Shown here piece after piece: positions 27,810-37,964 of a stretch of 64,000 nucleotides of DNA (within the stretch, counting starts at the first letter, position 1; every line of letters begins with the position of its first letter). The stretch lies in contig NC_058368.1 in NCBI RefSeq assembly GCF_018350175.1, forward strand, positions 101,434,001-101,498,000, given 5' to 3'. The notes beneath the pieces were generated by a model. That model searched no databases, was not told where the DNA came from, and saw nothing but the letters and a program-made list of their open reading frames with translations. Position numbers and translations under genes: made by a program. Source of the DNA: Felis catus. Lineage: Eukaryota.

Positions 27810-28222
27810 TTTCAGAGGACTCCTAGTTAATTGCATGGTCAGCTCTCCTCTCCTTTGGGTACATGGGAGGATTTTACTTCCCTACTCTCACTGCAGTTAT
27901 GAGAGGCCATGGGACGAGTTCTGGCAAATTGGTCACATCAAGGGTGTGTGTGTCTCTCCTAGGCTGAAGCAATGTAGGTTTACTTCTGGGCCAAAACTTT
28001 CTTCTTCTGCTGCATCCACTAAGGAGGCCACTTGTGCCAGATGGTACAGCTATAGGATGGTGGGACCGCTAACAAATGATCGCTGAGTAGCCATATGGAA
28101 AGGCATTTGCCCTGGACGGTTGCCCAGAACCTCAACAGACATTTTGTAAGCAAGAAATAAACAACTGAGATTTGTAGGACTATTTGCTTCTGTAATATAA
28201 CCCAGGCTGTCCTGCCTAATAT
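27810..28222 (+). mobile_element. MLT1-type MaLR LTR
   Basis: 3' end agaaataaac..ctgagatttgtaggactatttg..ataacccaggctgtcctgcctaata. Confidence 0.65.
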
Positions 28223-28639
28223 GATAGTGGACCATTTAAGCAAATTGTGGGTTGGTATACGTCCATTTTTTATCATGCAATTAAAAAAAAATGAGGCTAG
28301 TATGTGTTAATACAGAAAGATCTTCCAAATATATTAATTTTAGAAACTAACATACAACAAAATATATATGGAGTATACATTTATTCTATAAAATAGAGTA
28401 TATATTATGTTATGTACATAAAATACAAATAAACACTTACCTAGGTGTTGAAAAATCTGTCCAGGGATACAAAAAACTGGAAAGGGAGCTTGCCTTTTGG
28501 GAAGAGAGACAGGTGTGGGAGAGATAGTTTTCACTGCTTGAATACTTTTTCATATTTAGTATTTAATAATATTTTAAAATAATGAATGTTCATGGATTAC
28601 CTGGTCATAAATAAATAAACATTAAAAATAGTAATGAAA

Positions 28640-28862
28640 GGGGGCGCCTGGGTGGCTCAGTCGGTTGAGCATCCGACTTCAGCTCAGGTCACGATCTCGC
28701 GGTCTGTGAGTTCGAGCCCCGCGTCAGGCTCTGGGCTGATGGCTCAGAGCCTGGAGCCTGCTTCCGATTCTGTGTCTCCCTCTCTCTCTGTCCCTCCCCC
28801 ATTCCTGCTCTGTCTCTCTCTGTCCCAAAAATAAATAAACGTTAAAAAAAAATTAAAAAAAA
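28640..28862 (+). mobile_element. CAN-SINE
   Basis: TSD aaaaatagtaatgaaag. Confidence 0.95.
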
Positions 28863-30825
28863 TAGTAATGAAAGTCTCAATCCATTGGTGAGGGAAGCAG
28901 GAAAAAAAGAATAAACTTAAGAAATCATGCAGTCATCAGTATGACAAGTCTTGATAGCTAGTAAATACTGGAAATACAGGGAGGAAAGAAGTCAGAGATA
29001 ACCATAGCATAAATTCCATGATGGCAAGAATTGGGGTCTCTTTTGTTTACTGATAGTAAACAGTGAGGTAAGGACTCACTGACTATATAAGGTATCGATT
29101 ATGGCTATGTTGAAAAAAAGTTTTTGTCCTTTGCCATTTATGTCAGGTTTAGAAGCTGGTAATGTCTTTCCTTATTCGTGTAATGAAATTTCAATAAACG
29201 GTTCCTTTATTTTTATTTTGGCCTACTCGCTATTGTCAACTGCAGGTTGAAAACGTTCGATGAAAACATGTTAACAAAATATAAAACCACATCACGGAAA
29301 TATAGAATTATACATAATGCATTTGAAGTTATCAAACGTTAAGTTGTTGGGACTTAAAGGTCTTTATGAACCCATGGCCAACTAGAAAAACATAAGCCAC
29401 TTTGGAATTCAGAAATCACTGTATAAAAAATAACTTTGGCTTTAAGTTATGGTACCATTTGTATGAAGTTATTCCTGATTTTTAAAATTTTATTTTTAAA
29501 TAATCTCTGCACCCATCATGGGGCTTGAACACACACAACCTTGAGGTCAAGAATTGCACATTCTGCCAACTGAGCCAGCCAAGTGTGTCTCTTCCTGAAT
29601 TTTATTTAAACAGTGTTATTTAGAACCTTCCAAACGACGGCACCAATTTCTTTCAAGTTACTCCCTCCATATCTTGCCTACCAAGTCTAAGTTTGGGATC
29701 CTTTCTTCTCTCTTGTGAGCCGTTGGAATTTTGTATTGATACGCGATAAACAGGATTGCCCATAAGAACCACTGTCCTTGCTCTTGAGAATTTTGAAGCT
29801 ATTTCAGCCATGTAAAGGCAGTGGAGTCATATGTCACGGAACAGTTTCTAATCTCTCAAATGTGTCAGAGGAAGACAAATCGTCTGGTGTGGAGGGAACC
29901 CCTTTATGTGTCAGCAGCCCAGTTCTGTCTTCAAATACAGGCGGAAGAAATGCTGAGAATCCTCATGTTACTTGAGGAGGCAGAAGGGATCACCTTTCTT
30001 CTTCACAGGCACAGGTAGCCCAGTGACCCAGAAAGGGATATGGGAGGCATCCCCCAGTGGCAGAGCTCGCCTCCCAGTGACTGTGCTGTGGGCACGTCCG
30101 CAGGTGAAAGCGGACCTAACTCCACAGTCCACTAGGCTTGGTGCTCAGTGATGCCTGGGCTGAAATCGAGACACTTTACCATGCTAATAAGCTGCTACCT
30201 GAAACTCAGCCTCCCCACCCTGGCCCAGAAGATTGCTGACCAGGCACCTGGTCTCACATGGCCTCAACTTTTTCTGGGCTGTTCGCTTGCCACACAGCTA
30301 CTTGGGCGTCCCGTGTGAACTCTATGCAGAAAGCTTTCCCCCTGACCTTTCTACTTTCAGATTTATTTCTGCTTTCCCAACATCTGACTTCATTCATCAC
30401 TTTTTCTTTGTTGTTGGTATCCCTCCTCCATCGTGATGTATACTCACCTCCTTGATGCTGCTGCTACCAGCCGCTTAAGGGAAATATCTTACCTTGCCCT
30501 GCTCAGTCTCCTTCTCTCAGGCTTCTGGAGGCAACAACTTGCACGGTACCCTCAGCCCTCCAGTGGAATCTAGACAAATGCTCAGGAGATTTCTGGATAC
30601 TGAGTTCAAGAACTCCCATAACTGGTCACCTCTGGTATCTAAAGGAAATACGATAGTCAACTTCTCACTGCATTTGTTAGAGTACGATGTTCTGCTCCCC
30701 CAAAGTTAAATTTCATTTCAATACATTGCAGGAAGTTGTCAAAATTCTTTTGCAACACAGAAATTGTGTTGTCTTGAAACCAGGTTGTGCTAAATGTAAA
30801 TTGCTTTCACGGAATCAGATTTTTA

Positions 30826-31170
30826 TTAATTTATTTTAATTTTTTTTTTAATGTTCATTTTTGAGACGGAGAGCGAGACAGAGCATAAGCAGGGGAGGGG
30901 CAGAAAGAGAGGGAGACACAGAATCTGGAGCAGGCTCCAGAGGCTCTGAGCTGTCAGCACAGAGTCCGACGAGGGACTTGAACCCACAAACCGCGAGATC
31001 ACGACTTGAGCTGAAGTCGGACTTTTAACCAACTGAGCCAGCCAGGCGCCCGTTTGTTTTTTTTTTTTAAGTTTATGTATTCTACAAGAGAAAGAGAGAG
31101 AGCGTGTGGGTGCGAGAGGGGGAGGGGAAGAGAAAGAGAGAGGGACACAGAGGATCCAAAGCGGGCTCTG
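30826..31170 (-). mobile_element. CAN-SINE (30826-31051) plus a partial second copy (31055-31170)
   Basis: Minus-strand consensus. Confidence 0.88.
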
Positions 31171-31199
31171 CAGCAGCCCGTGCTTAGGTTCTATCGAGT

Positions 31200-32830
31200 C
31201 TCAGGGTCACCACTGTGTTAACCGGCTCATCGCAGGCACAGAGTGTCTCAAGGAATGCCCAGTTTTATTACAAACATCTCATTTGCAATAGGAGGTTCAT
31301 GAATGGAGTTCTCAGGACAGGTGTTCAACCCCTACCAGGAACCAAGAGCAAGCCAACAGCTGTTTCTCAAAAGGAGAAGTATTACTTGTCAAAGAGTATG
31401 TGCTTACACTCAAACACCCTAGGGGCCTCTACGGTGGTTTGTTTATTGGAATTTTCATAGGATTTAGACAGCATTCCAATCTGCTGCGGAATTTTTGAGT
31501 CCTTCTGGATTCAGTAGGTCATAAAGAGCTGCCTACTGCGAAACTTACATTTTCTAGCCTTCTCAGATCCCACGTTCCGCTCAAAATTCGCAGCCACTGG
31601 GCTTTCTTGTAAGTGAATCAAAGGAGCACACCTGTGTCATATGTTACTTCCAAAACCCAATGAGGCTTGTCAAGTGTTACAACTTTTTCTTTACCGCTGT
31701 CCGATGCAAGGCGTATTGTCTTTCATATTGACAAGGATATCCCTATGTACCTCAGACAGGTGAGAGGCCCATCGAAAGTCATTGCTACTTCCTATTACTG
31801 GGTATTCTCAGCAGGAAACGATATATTCGACGAGCGTGATGCCCTCTGAAATGATGAGACCATCAAGGACGCTATGGCCAAATTGGCATAGAGTTCAAGA
31901 GCTCCTGTACTCCTAAGACAGGATCAGTATACTAGGCTCCTGCCAAGTGATAATAACCTTCTGAGCTTATTTATTGAAATAGCATTGATGAGATCAATAG
32001 ACGTAAACCAAAAACTGTTTTTATTTGCTCCAGTAAAGAAATGATGTCTGGATGGGCCTCTTTGATTTGAAAAACAGATTCAGTTCATGATCATCAACTG
32101 GGTGAGAATGTTTAAGACACATTTGGGAGACTCAGGTGATTTCTGCATGGGTCAAACGAGCTACCTCTGCTTCTTTTGAGTCTTTGAGGGTAGCAGTTAA
32201 CTTTGTATTTCTACCCCACCTTTCCCAGCCTCCTCCCAAGGATATGATACGGCTTTCGATTTACTTTCTGGTGGGAAGAGGAAGTTCTAAGAGTTTTCCT
32301 GGGTCCTTCCTACCACAATAGGCTGGGGTGACCGTACAATGTATCACTAAAACCAGTGTGTTTTTGATAGTGAACGGAGTACTCTTAATGGTTATGCTGG
32401 AAAAACACATTTTGGTGCCTCAAGGGTCAGGAATCCAGTGCCGGGATTTGGTCAATTGCTGAGGTTATCTGTACGGATAGTGCACTTAGGAACCAGGAAA
32501 ATCATCGGATGTGATCAGGAACCTGCTGGGCCTCCACGAGCTGGATTCGGGTCGCAACTATCGTCATTACCTGATCTCTTTTAGCCTCCATTCTCACCAG
32601 TGGACCACACCAACAGTCTCCCCAAAATTAGCGTTCCCAAAAATTAGTGTTAGCTCAGAGCCAATGTCCAACAACCCCTGAGAGGACAGGGTATTTCCGT
32701 CTCCTCATTGCACAGTCGTTCTGGTGAATGAATAGTTTCCTTTGTGGAGAGCTGGAAACAAAATCATAGAACGTACTAGCATATTACAGGGTGCTTTCTT
32801 CAGGGCATCATGCCTCCTCTCCATGCGTTA
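31200..32830 (-). mobile_element. pol: ERV-L protease, reverse transcriptase and connection remnant (pol), truncated before RNase H/integrase
   Basis: FTRTTVQ*GDGN..GLLDIGSELTLI (D at 32668; cf. GLLDTGSELTLIPG), GPAGS*SHPMIFLVPKC, LELPLP/KVNRKPYHILG, TATLKDSKEAEV, WFTSIDLINA (~32010-31982), ITLVEYI (degenerate YIDD, ~31830), GFWK*H, SPFEKQLLACSWFLV (~31380-31335). Confidence 0.9.
32325..32420. mobile_element. MER94-like hAT-Blackjack MITE inserted in the ERV-L protease region
   Basis: ggggtgaccgtacaatgtatcactaaaaccagtgtgtttttgatagtgaa.. resembles recalled MER94 (AGGGTGACCATATAATTTATCGTCCAAACCGGGACACTTTTGAGAGTGAAAG); the ERV-L peptide resumes on both sides (GFLT | YCGRK/LELPLP). Confidence 0.65.
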
Positions 32831-33330
32831 GGGATACACGTGTATGGACTCCGGTCTGAGAATTGTAGGTGAAAATCTGTGGTCATTCTGGGAGCTGAAA
32901 GCAGGCCTCTCCAGGCCCAGAGGGGGTATTGCTGTTGTTAATAGAAATCAAATAGAATCTCTGAGGGCTATTCTCTACAGGCTCTAATTATAGGCCTGGA
33001 GATTATCAGGGTCGGTGGAGGTCAGGCACAGGGACTCAGATTTCCCTTGTGTGAGAACTTCCTCAGGTAAGGCTATTACAAACGCTTCAAGCAAGATGGT
33101 TGCAGACTTATCCAAGGAGGAAAGAGACTACCCTTTGAGAAATTCTCCGCCTTCCACGTATCCTCATTGCTCTCCTTATAGATCTACTCTTTTTCCACAA
33201 CTGCTCTAATTGTCACACAAGAGATGGAGAAGAGCTGTGGATTCCGTGGACATGATTCAACAGCCCACCAGATCAAATTCTGAATTTTATGTCTGGCCAT
33301 TTTAGTCCAGCAACTTAAAGAGATGGAAGG

Positions 33331-33375
<45 letters not shown>

Positions 33376-33690
33376 GTAAGCCCTGCTGTAGGAATTTGCT
33401 GTCATTCACCAACTTCAAGCCTTTGGGAACCAAATGGAGCAACTCTTTCATCTGGTTTTCCTCAATCCTTATCCTAGGTTGAGCCTGAGATTCATTGTCC
33501 GTGCCAGGACCCTTGGAAGAGTGAAATGGGTATGGTAAGGAACGTTACACTAGGACAGGAAGCATAAAGGATCCAGGAGACACTGGACGCGTCAACATTC
33601 ACCTCAGGCTCTGTGTATTGTGTTATGGCATTAGCCATGGGGCTGCAGAAGGTCTTATCTTCAGTGGATATTTCATTCCAGGTGATCATA
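32830..33690 (-). mobile_element. gag: ERV-L (class III ERV) gag remnant, central capsid region deleted, interrupted by (TG)n
   Basis: ITWNEISTEDKTFCSPMANAITQY..VSWILY; ISCVTIRAVVEKE*IYKESNEDTW (cf. ERV-L VSTVKVRALIGKEWDPATWNGDVW); LLEAFVIALPEEV..ISRPIIR; *PSEILFDFY*QQ; QFSDRSPYT (cf. QFPDLSQFT). Confidence 0.8.
33331..33372. repeat. (TG)n microsatellite within ERV-L gag
   Basis: Seen directly. Confidence 0.95.
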
Positions 33691-34900
33691 TGATTAAATC
33701 TGAATGAATAGGCAGCCAGAGAAGCGTGTCTTAATACTTGCTTATAAATCCTGGCATAATAGAGAACCGATCCCAGACTCTCCGCATTTCCATCGGCATC
33801 TGTTGCCAGGAGTTTCCCTGTGTTCACTCATCTTACCAATTTCTTACCAGTTACAGTATGACTATCAACTGATACCTGACAGAAAGCGTTGCATTGCCTG
33901 GATTCCCATTAAGCACCTGTTTTACTTCAAAGGATGGTATGTTCCGGAGCGTCCAGAAGATGTGATGTGGGGTCATCTAGTTCAGTGGTATCTGATACCA
34001 ACATCAGATCTACCACAAACGGCCTAACAGCTCTCATTCAGTTATATGTTTGACATCTAATTACTATCATGTATTCTAACGGACCATCGCCTGATTCGAA
34101 AATAATTAGCACGAACCATTTGCCTTCTACATAAATGAGGGCATATTACATAGTCATTTAAATGTGTGTTTTAGCCAAAGCAATATATTTGTGTAATTTG
34201 CAGGTCACTTCGGGCTCCATGATTCTATGAATGTAGAAAACTCCAGCACGGAAAAATATCTGAGTCATTACTTATCCCTCAGTGTCACGTCGGAGTTACT
34301 GTAATTAATTAAAAGGTATGTGCTTACAAAGCTTAGGGTGGTTTTGGTTTTGGGTTTTCGTGCGTGTAACAGAGGTGGGCTGAAGGGAAAAGAGCTGTCA
34401 GGTTTATTCCATGCTTTGGCAGAAGGAAGTCAGTGTGGGCGTAGTTCAGGAAATCACTCTGTCACCAGTCTGGAAGATTCTGAAGAGAGATGCTTGACAA
34501 GAGGGTGAGCATGCCTGAGTAGAGGGAACCACCCTTACGGACTTTGCAGATTTCAGCGTGGGTGTGGTGCTGTTGACTTTTTCCTTTTTGACATGGGTTG
34601 CACCCCTTACCTGCCAAGTTGGATTTTAAGGCTTTCCGGCTATAGGACTCTACCATTTGCAACAAGATATATACATTTCCTATGTGGTTACAAGAAGCCT
34701 TGCTTTGGGAAAGTTGATGTGACTCATGATCCAAATGTTGCATTCTGGAAAATGAAACGATCTTTTCATGGTTCTATTTTGAAAAGTTCTTTGGCGATTA
34801 TTTAAGCGACCCATCTTAGTACCTTTGATGTCAAATAATTGTGGTCTTCTCTTGGACGGAAGCCTTGTTACACAGTAAATGTTTCCCAGAAACTATATTT
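33690..34900 (-). pseudogene. Endogenous viral element: degraded +ssRNA virus RNA-dependent RNA polymerase (flavi/pesti-like NS5 palm, fingers and thumb)
   Basis: Manual minus-strand translation with frameshifts gives collinear motifs: G-like HINFPK/GFL*PHRK (~34720-34680), F ATHVKKEK..KSVRVV (34600-34527), A NSDVTLRDK/MT (D at 34291 and 34276), B FESGDG..DSN*MSN (34094-34048), C VCG(a)DLMLVS (34020-33993), D-like IL*SKTGA, E AFCQ (33887-33876), then LVR*VNTGKLLAT. Order matches recalled pestivirus NS5B motifs (GAAGFLE, PKNEK..PRVI, DTKAWD, SGQPDTSAGNSMLN, VCGDD, FCSH). Confidence 0.72.
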
Positions 34901-36300
34901 TAGAAAAGAAACTGAAGGAAAGAAGTATTTAAAAGCAGATGTCTTACAACTGCTTTTGTGCTTTAGAGGCAGACACAGTTCATCTTCTGCCATGTCTGCT
35001 TTGTGTGTGTAGGAACTCTTGGATTTGGTTAATAATGATGAAAAACAGTATTATAAAATCAAGAAAGCAACCACAGCTTGTCCCTGGAAAGTCATTTTTA
35101 TTGAATTGCCCCAAAACTACTCAACTGACGAGTACCAAGCAAAACTCTGTGATTTGATGTTCCTTTATCTTGAATCCAGTTTTCCCAGTTGGAAATGTGG
35201 GCTTTGATCTTTATCTGTGAATTGCTTAATGTAGGCCTCAACATGTTCCATTTTGTAAGAAATTACGGTGCTCCACTTCTGGAATGAATTTCCCCAGGGC
35301 TTCTTAAATGGTTTGCGCTTTAATGCATGATAGTTGAAAATTTTCCCAATTTGATCAATTCCTTTTAAATTTGAATGAGATGCTACTTTTCCTCACGTAC
35401 TCGGATAATGCCATTGACTCACGGCCAGAGGGGTGTGCATTTGGAGTAGATTTTGTAGCAGTGGTGATGTGAATCCATCGAGACCTGGATTACTCTTGGC
35501 CACTGGAGGTGCTTCTGTTAGGATACTGGTGTAGTCTTTAGCTGTAGATCAGAATGAAACCCAGAAGTTCACATGGGCCCTACTTGTAGCCTGGGTCACC
35601 TTGCCACTGTTTTCTGACCAGTAGAATTAACTGACAGCAGACAGTTATTTTCATCTCTGAAGTAGATGCAGGCTTTTGCTGTCTTGTTTTCTCTTTCCAT
35701 TTCCTTAGGTTGGAAATTGCTTTATTTGCTGATATTTCCTAGCTTGGGTTGAGTTTCAAGCCAAGGACATTACTGCAAGAGGAACAAGAATAGAAAATCA
35801 ATACCATATTGATTGCCAGTGAGAACGATTATGAATAACTTCAGTTTCCTCTTTGCAGGTTTGGGCTCATTGTTCTATCTTCGCCATTTACGGCTTTCCG
35901 AATTTTTACAATGAAAATGTTGCGATTGAATCAAAGGCGTGGACACAAATGATCGTGTCTATACAAGTCTGTAAATTCTTAAATGGTATGCATTTTGAAA
36001 AAAATCTTTCATCATGGATATCAAAAGGATTATTTTCCTCTGTAGCTTTTTCATAAGAAAAATGTCATTTTCCTGATCACGTTGATAGTAAAACGGTCAT
36101 GTTTAGCCTGATCAAATTTAAGCTAAAAATACTTACCTGTTCACAGTAATTTTCACTCAATTTCAGCACATAGGAAAATATATTGTTTGTATGATGATGC
36201 ATTTATTTTAGATCTGGCGTTCCTTTCAAACTTTGAGCATGAAAGAGACTATTTAGCAAGCCTATGAACTTAGACGTGTTTTAAATTTTAAAGAGATCCT
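34900..36300 (-). pseudogene. N-terminal part of the same NS5-like element; probable RrmJ/FtsJ-type cap methyltransferase remnant plus linker
   Basis: Long protein-like stretches in minus frames: IFSLNL/AKHDRF (~36130-36090), FDIHDERFFSKCIPF (36025-), CIDTIICVHAFDS (D at 35959; cf. flavivirus CDTLLCDIGES), KLFIIVL, SNFQPKEME. Contiguous with the RdRp motifs; no repeat-like character. Confidence 0.45.
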
Positions 36301-36554
36301 AAAGAACTAGGTCAAGGCTTAAGCAATTTTGGGCTTTGGAGAACGTATTCTTTAGCTGTGTCAGAAAGTGGGGTAGGAGGAGGTCGAGATGGAAGAATCT
36401 GCCTGCCTTAGTAGGCTCCTCAAGAAACACCGTTCTGCAGATAGAAGGCGGTTCTTTGGGGCCCTCTAAACTGCAAGGACATTGAACCCCACTTTACCTT
36501 TGGGAAGGCTAATTCCGAAAAGAACCAGAATCTTACTCTCCTCTTCTGTGCTGA

Positions 36555-36798
36555 ATCACTGGCGCTCCTTTGGTTGCAGGCAACAGATACGACCTCAGCT
36601 CATCTAAAGGAGAAGTCATTCCCTGGAGGGAGATGGCTATTTCCAAAATCCAGGAAATACTAATGATACAGACTTCAGTAAGGACTGAAATCAAAACAGT
36701 GTTGGTGATCTAGGTGTCCCACTGAAGTCCAGATTCAGGAGTGAAACAGCATCAATTATTTTTCATCCCTCCCATCTTTCCTTTCAGATTCAAATGCT

Positions 36799-36844
<46 letters not shown>

Positions 36845-37000
36845 GATTTACCTAGGTAGGGCTCTGGACCTAGGGTGGGCAAGGCTCTTTGATGGATATA
36901 TTATTATGCCTTTATTCTTGGGGGATGGGGAGGGGGTCTCAAAAGGAAGCGGGACACTATTACCAAAAGGGCAGGGACAAACCAAGAGATATCCCCTACA
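36555..37000 (-). mobile_element. MLT1-type MaLR LTR (old subfamily) with internal (GA)n
   Basis: tttggttgcaggcaacaga.. at one end and ..ctattaccaaaagggcagggacaaaccaagagatatcccctaca at the other resemble reverse-complemented MLT1 termini. Confidence 0.55.
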
Positions 37001-37726
37001 GGCAGTATTTTTCTCCCTCTAACATTTTAGGACTTGTTATAATCATTGTGCCCATACCTTCATAGCCCTATATACTTGACACTGTCCTCAGCTCTTCCCT
37101 ACCCTTTCCCCACTTTTTCCACCACCCAAAAAGGATTTTAAAACTCTAGTTAGCTTAGAGAGGACTAGGCATTGAGGAGTTCTTACTTGAGTTAGGCTAT
37201 GCCTTATGGTTTAGTTCTAGCATAGGCTCTGCCTTGCTCTTGAGGTCCTACCTTCTTGTTTCTGAAGTTCCAGTTTCTGTTGACCATGACCTTATCTTAT
37301 TTCCTGGATCTGAGTTGGACTTGAGCCCTGATTTGCTTCTTGCTAGGCTTGGGTGATTTCCTTCACTTCCATTGGGTACCCGGTGCCCTGTTCTCTTCCA
37401 GAAAACTCCTCTGGAACTCTCTGATTGCTTCTAGACTTTCCAGCATAGTGTTTCTCCCATCAGAACACTTTTGATATTCCTGGTGGGATCCTACTGAGGC
37501 CAAATGACTATTTGCCAAATTTTCTCTCTCTTTTTTTTTAATGCAGGAACACCTCTTTATACAGTCTTGGCTCATCCAATATTCCCATTTAACTCTACCT
37601 TTTAAATTTGCTTTAGTTAAATATTGAATAGACATAAAATCCTAATGATAATACATATAAAGTTTAAAGAAATACCAAATAATGATCTCCAATGTACTGG
37701 CCCCCCAGTTTAAGAAACATGATGCA

Positions 37727-37925
37727 GGGGTGCATGGATGGTTCAGTCGGTTAAGCCTCCAACTTGTGATTTTGGCAAAGGTCATGGTCTCACTTTCATG
37801 AGATTGAACTCTGCCTCAGGCTCCACGCCTGAGAGATTCTCTCTCTCTCCCTCTCCCTCTGTCCTTCCCCCACTTGGGTCTCTTGCTCTCTTTCTCTCTC
37901 TCTCTCTCTCTCAAAAAAAAAGAAA
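37727..37925 (+). mobile_element. CAN-SINE
   Basis: Near-TSD aagaaaca(t/g)gatgca. Confidence 0.85.
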
Positions 37926-37964
37926 GAAACAGGATGCAATGTCATTCTCTCTTTTTTCTCATTA

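Noticed and set aside
32500..32545. GGPAGS*SH read as a nidovirus-type helicase Walker A downstream of the RdRp
   Set aside because: Flanking peptide matches ERV-L protease (VGPVGP..HPVVISPVPEC..), so it is retroviral; a nidovirus gene order is not supported.
33492..33827. ORF as bornavirus/mononegavirus L protein
   Set aside because: No GDNQ motif; upstream motifs are Dx4D/SG..N/GDD-type and the distal half resembles ERV-L gag.
36355..36378. tgtgtcagaaagtgggg resembling the ERV-L tRNA-Leu PBS
   Set aside because: On the plus strand, opposite to gag-pol, and an imperfect match.
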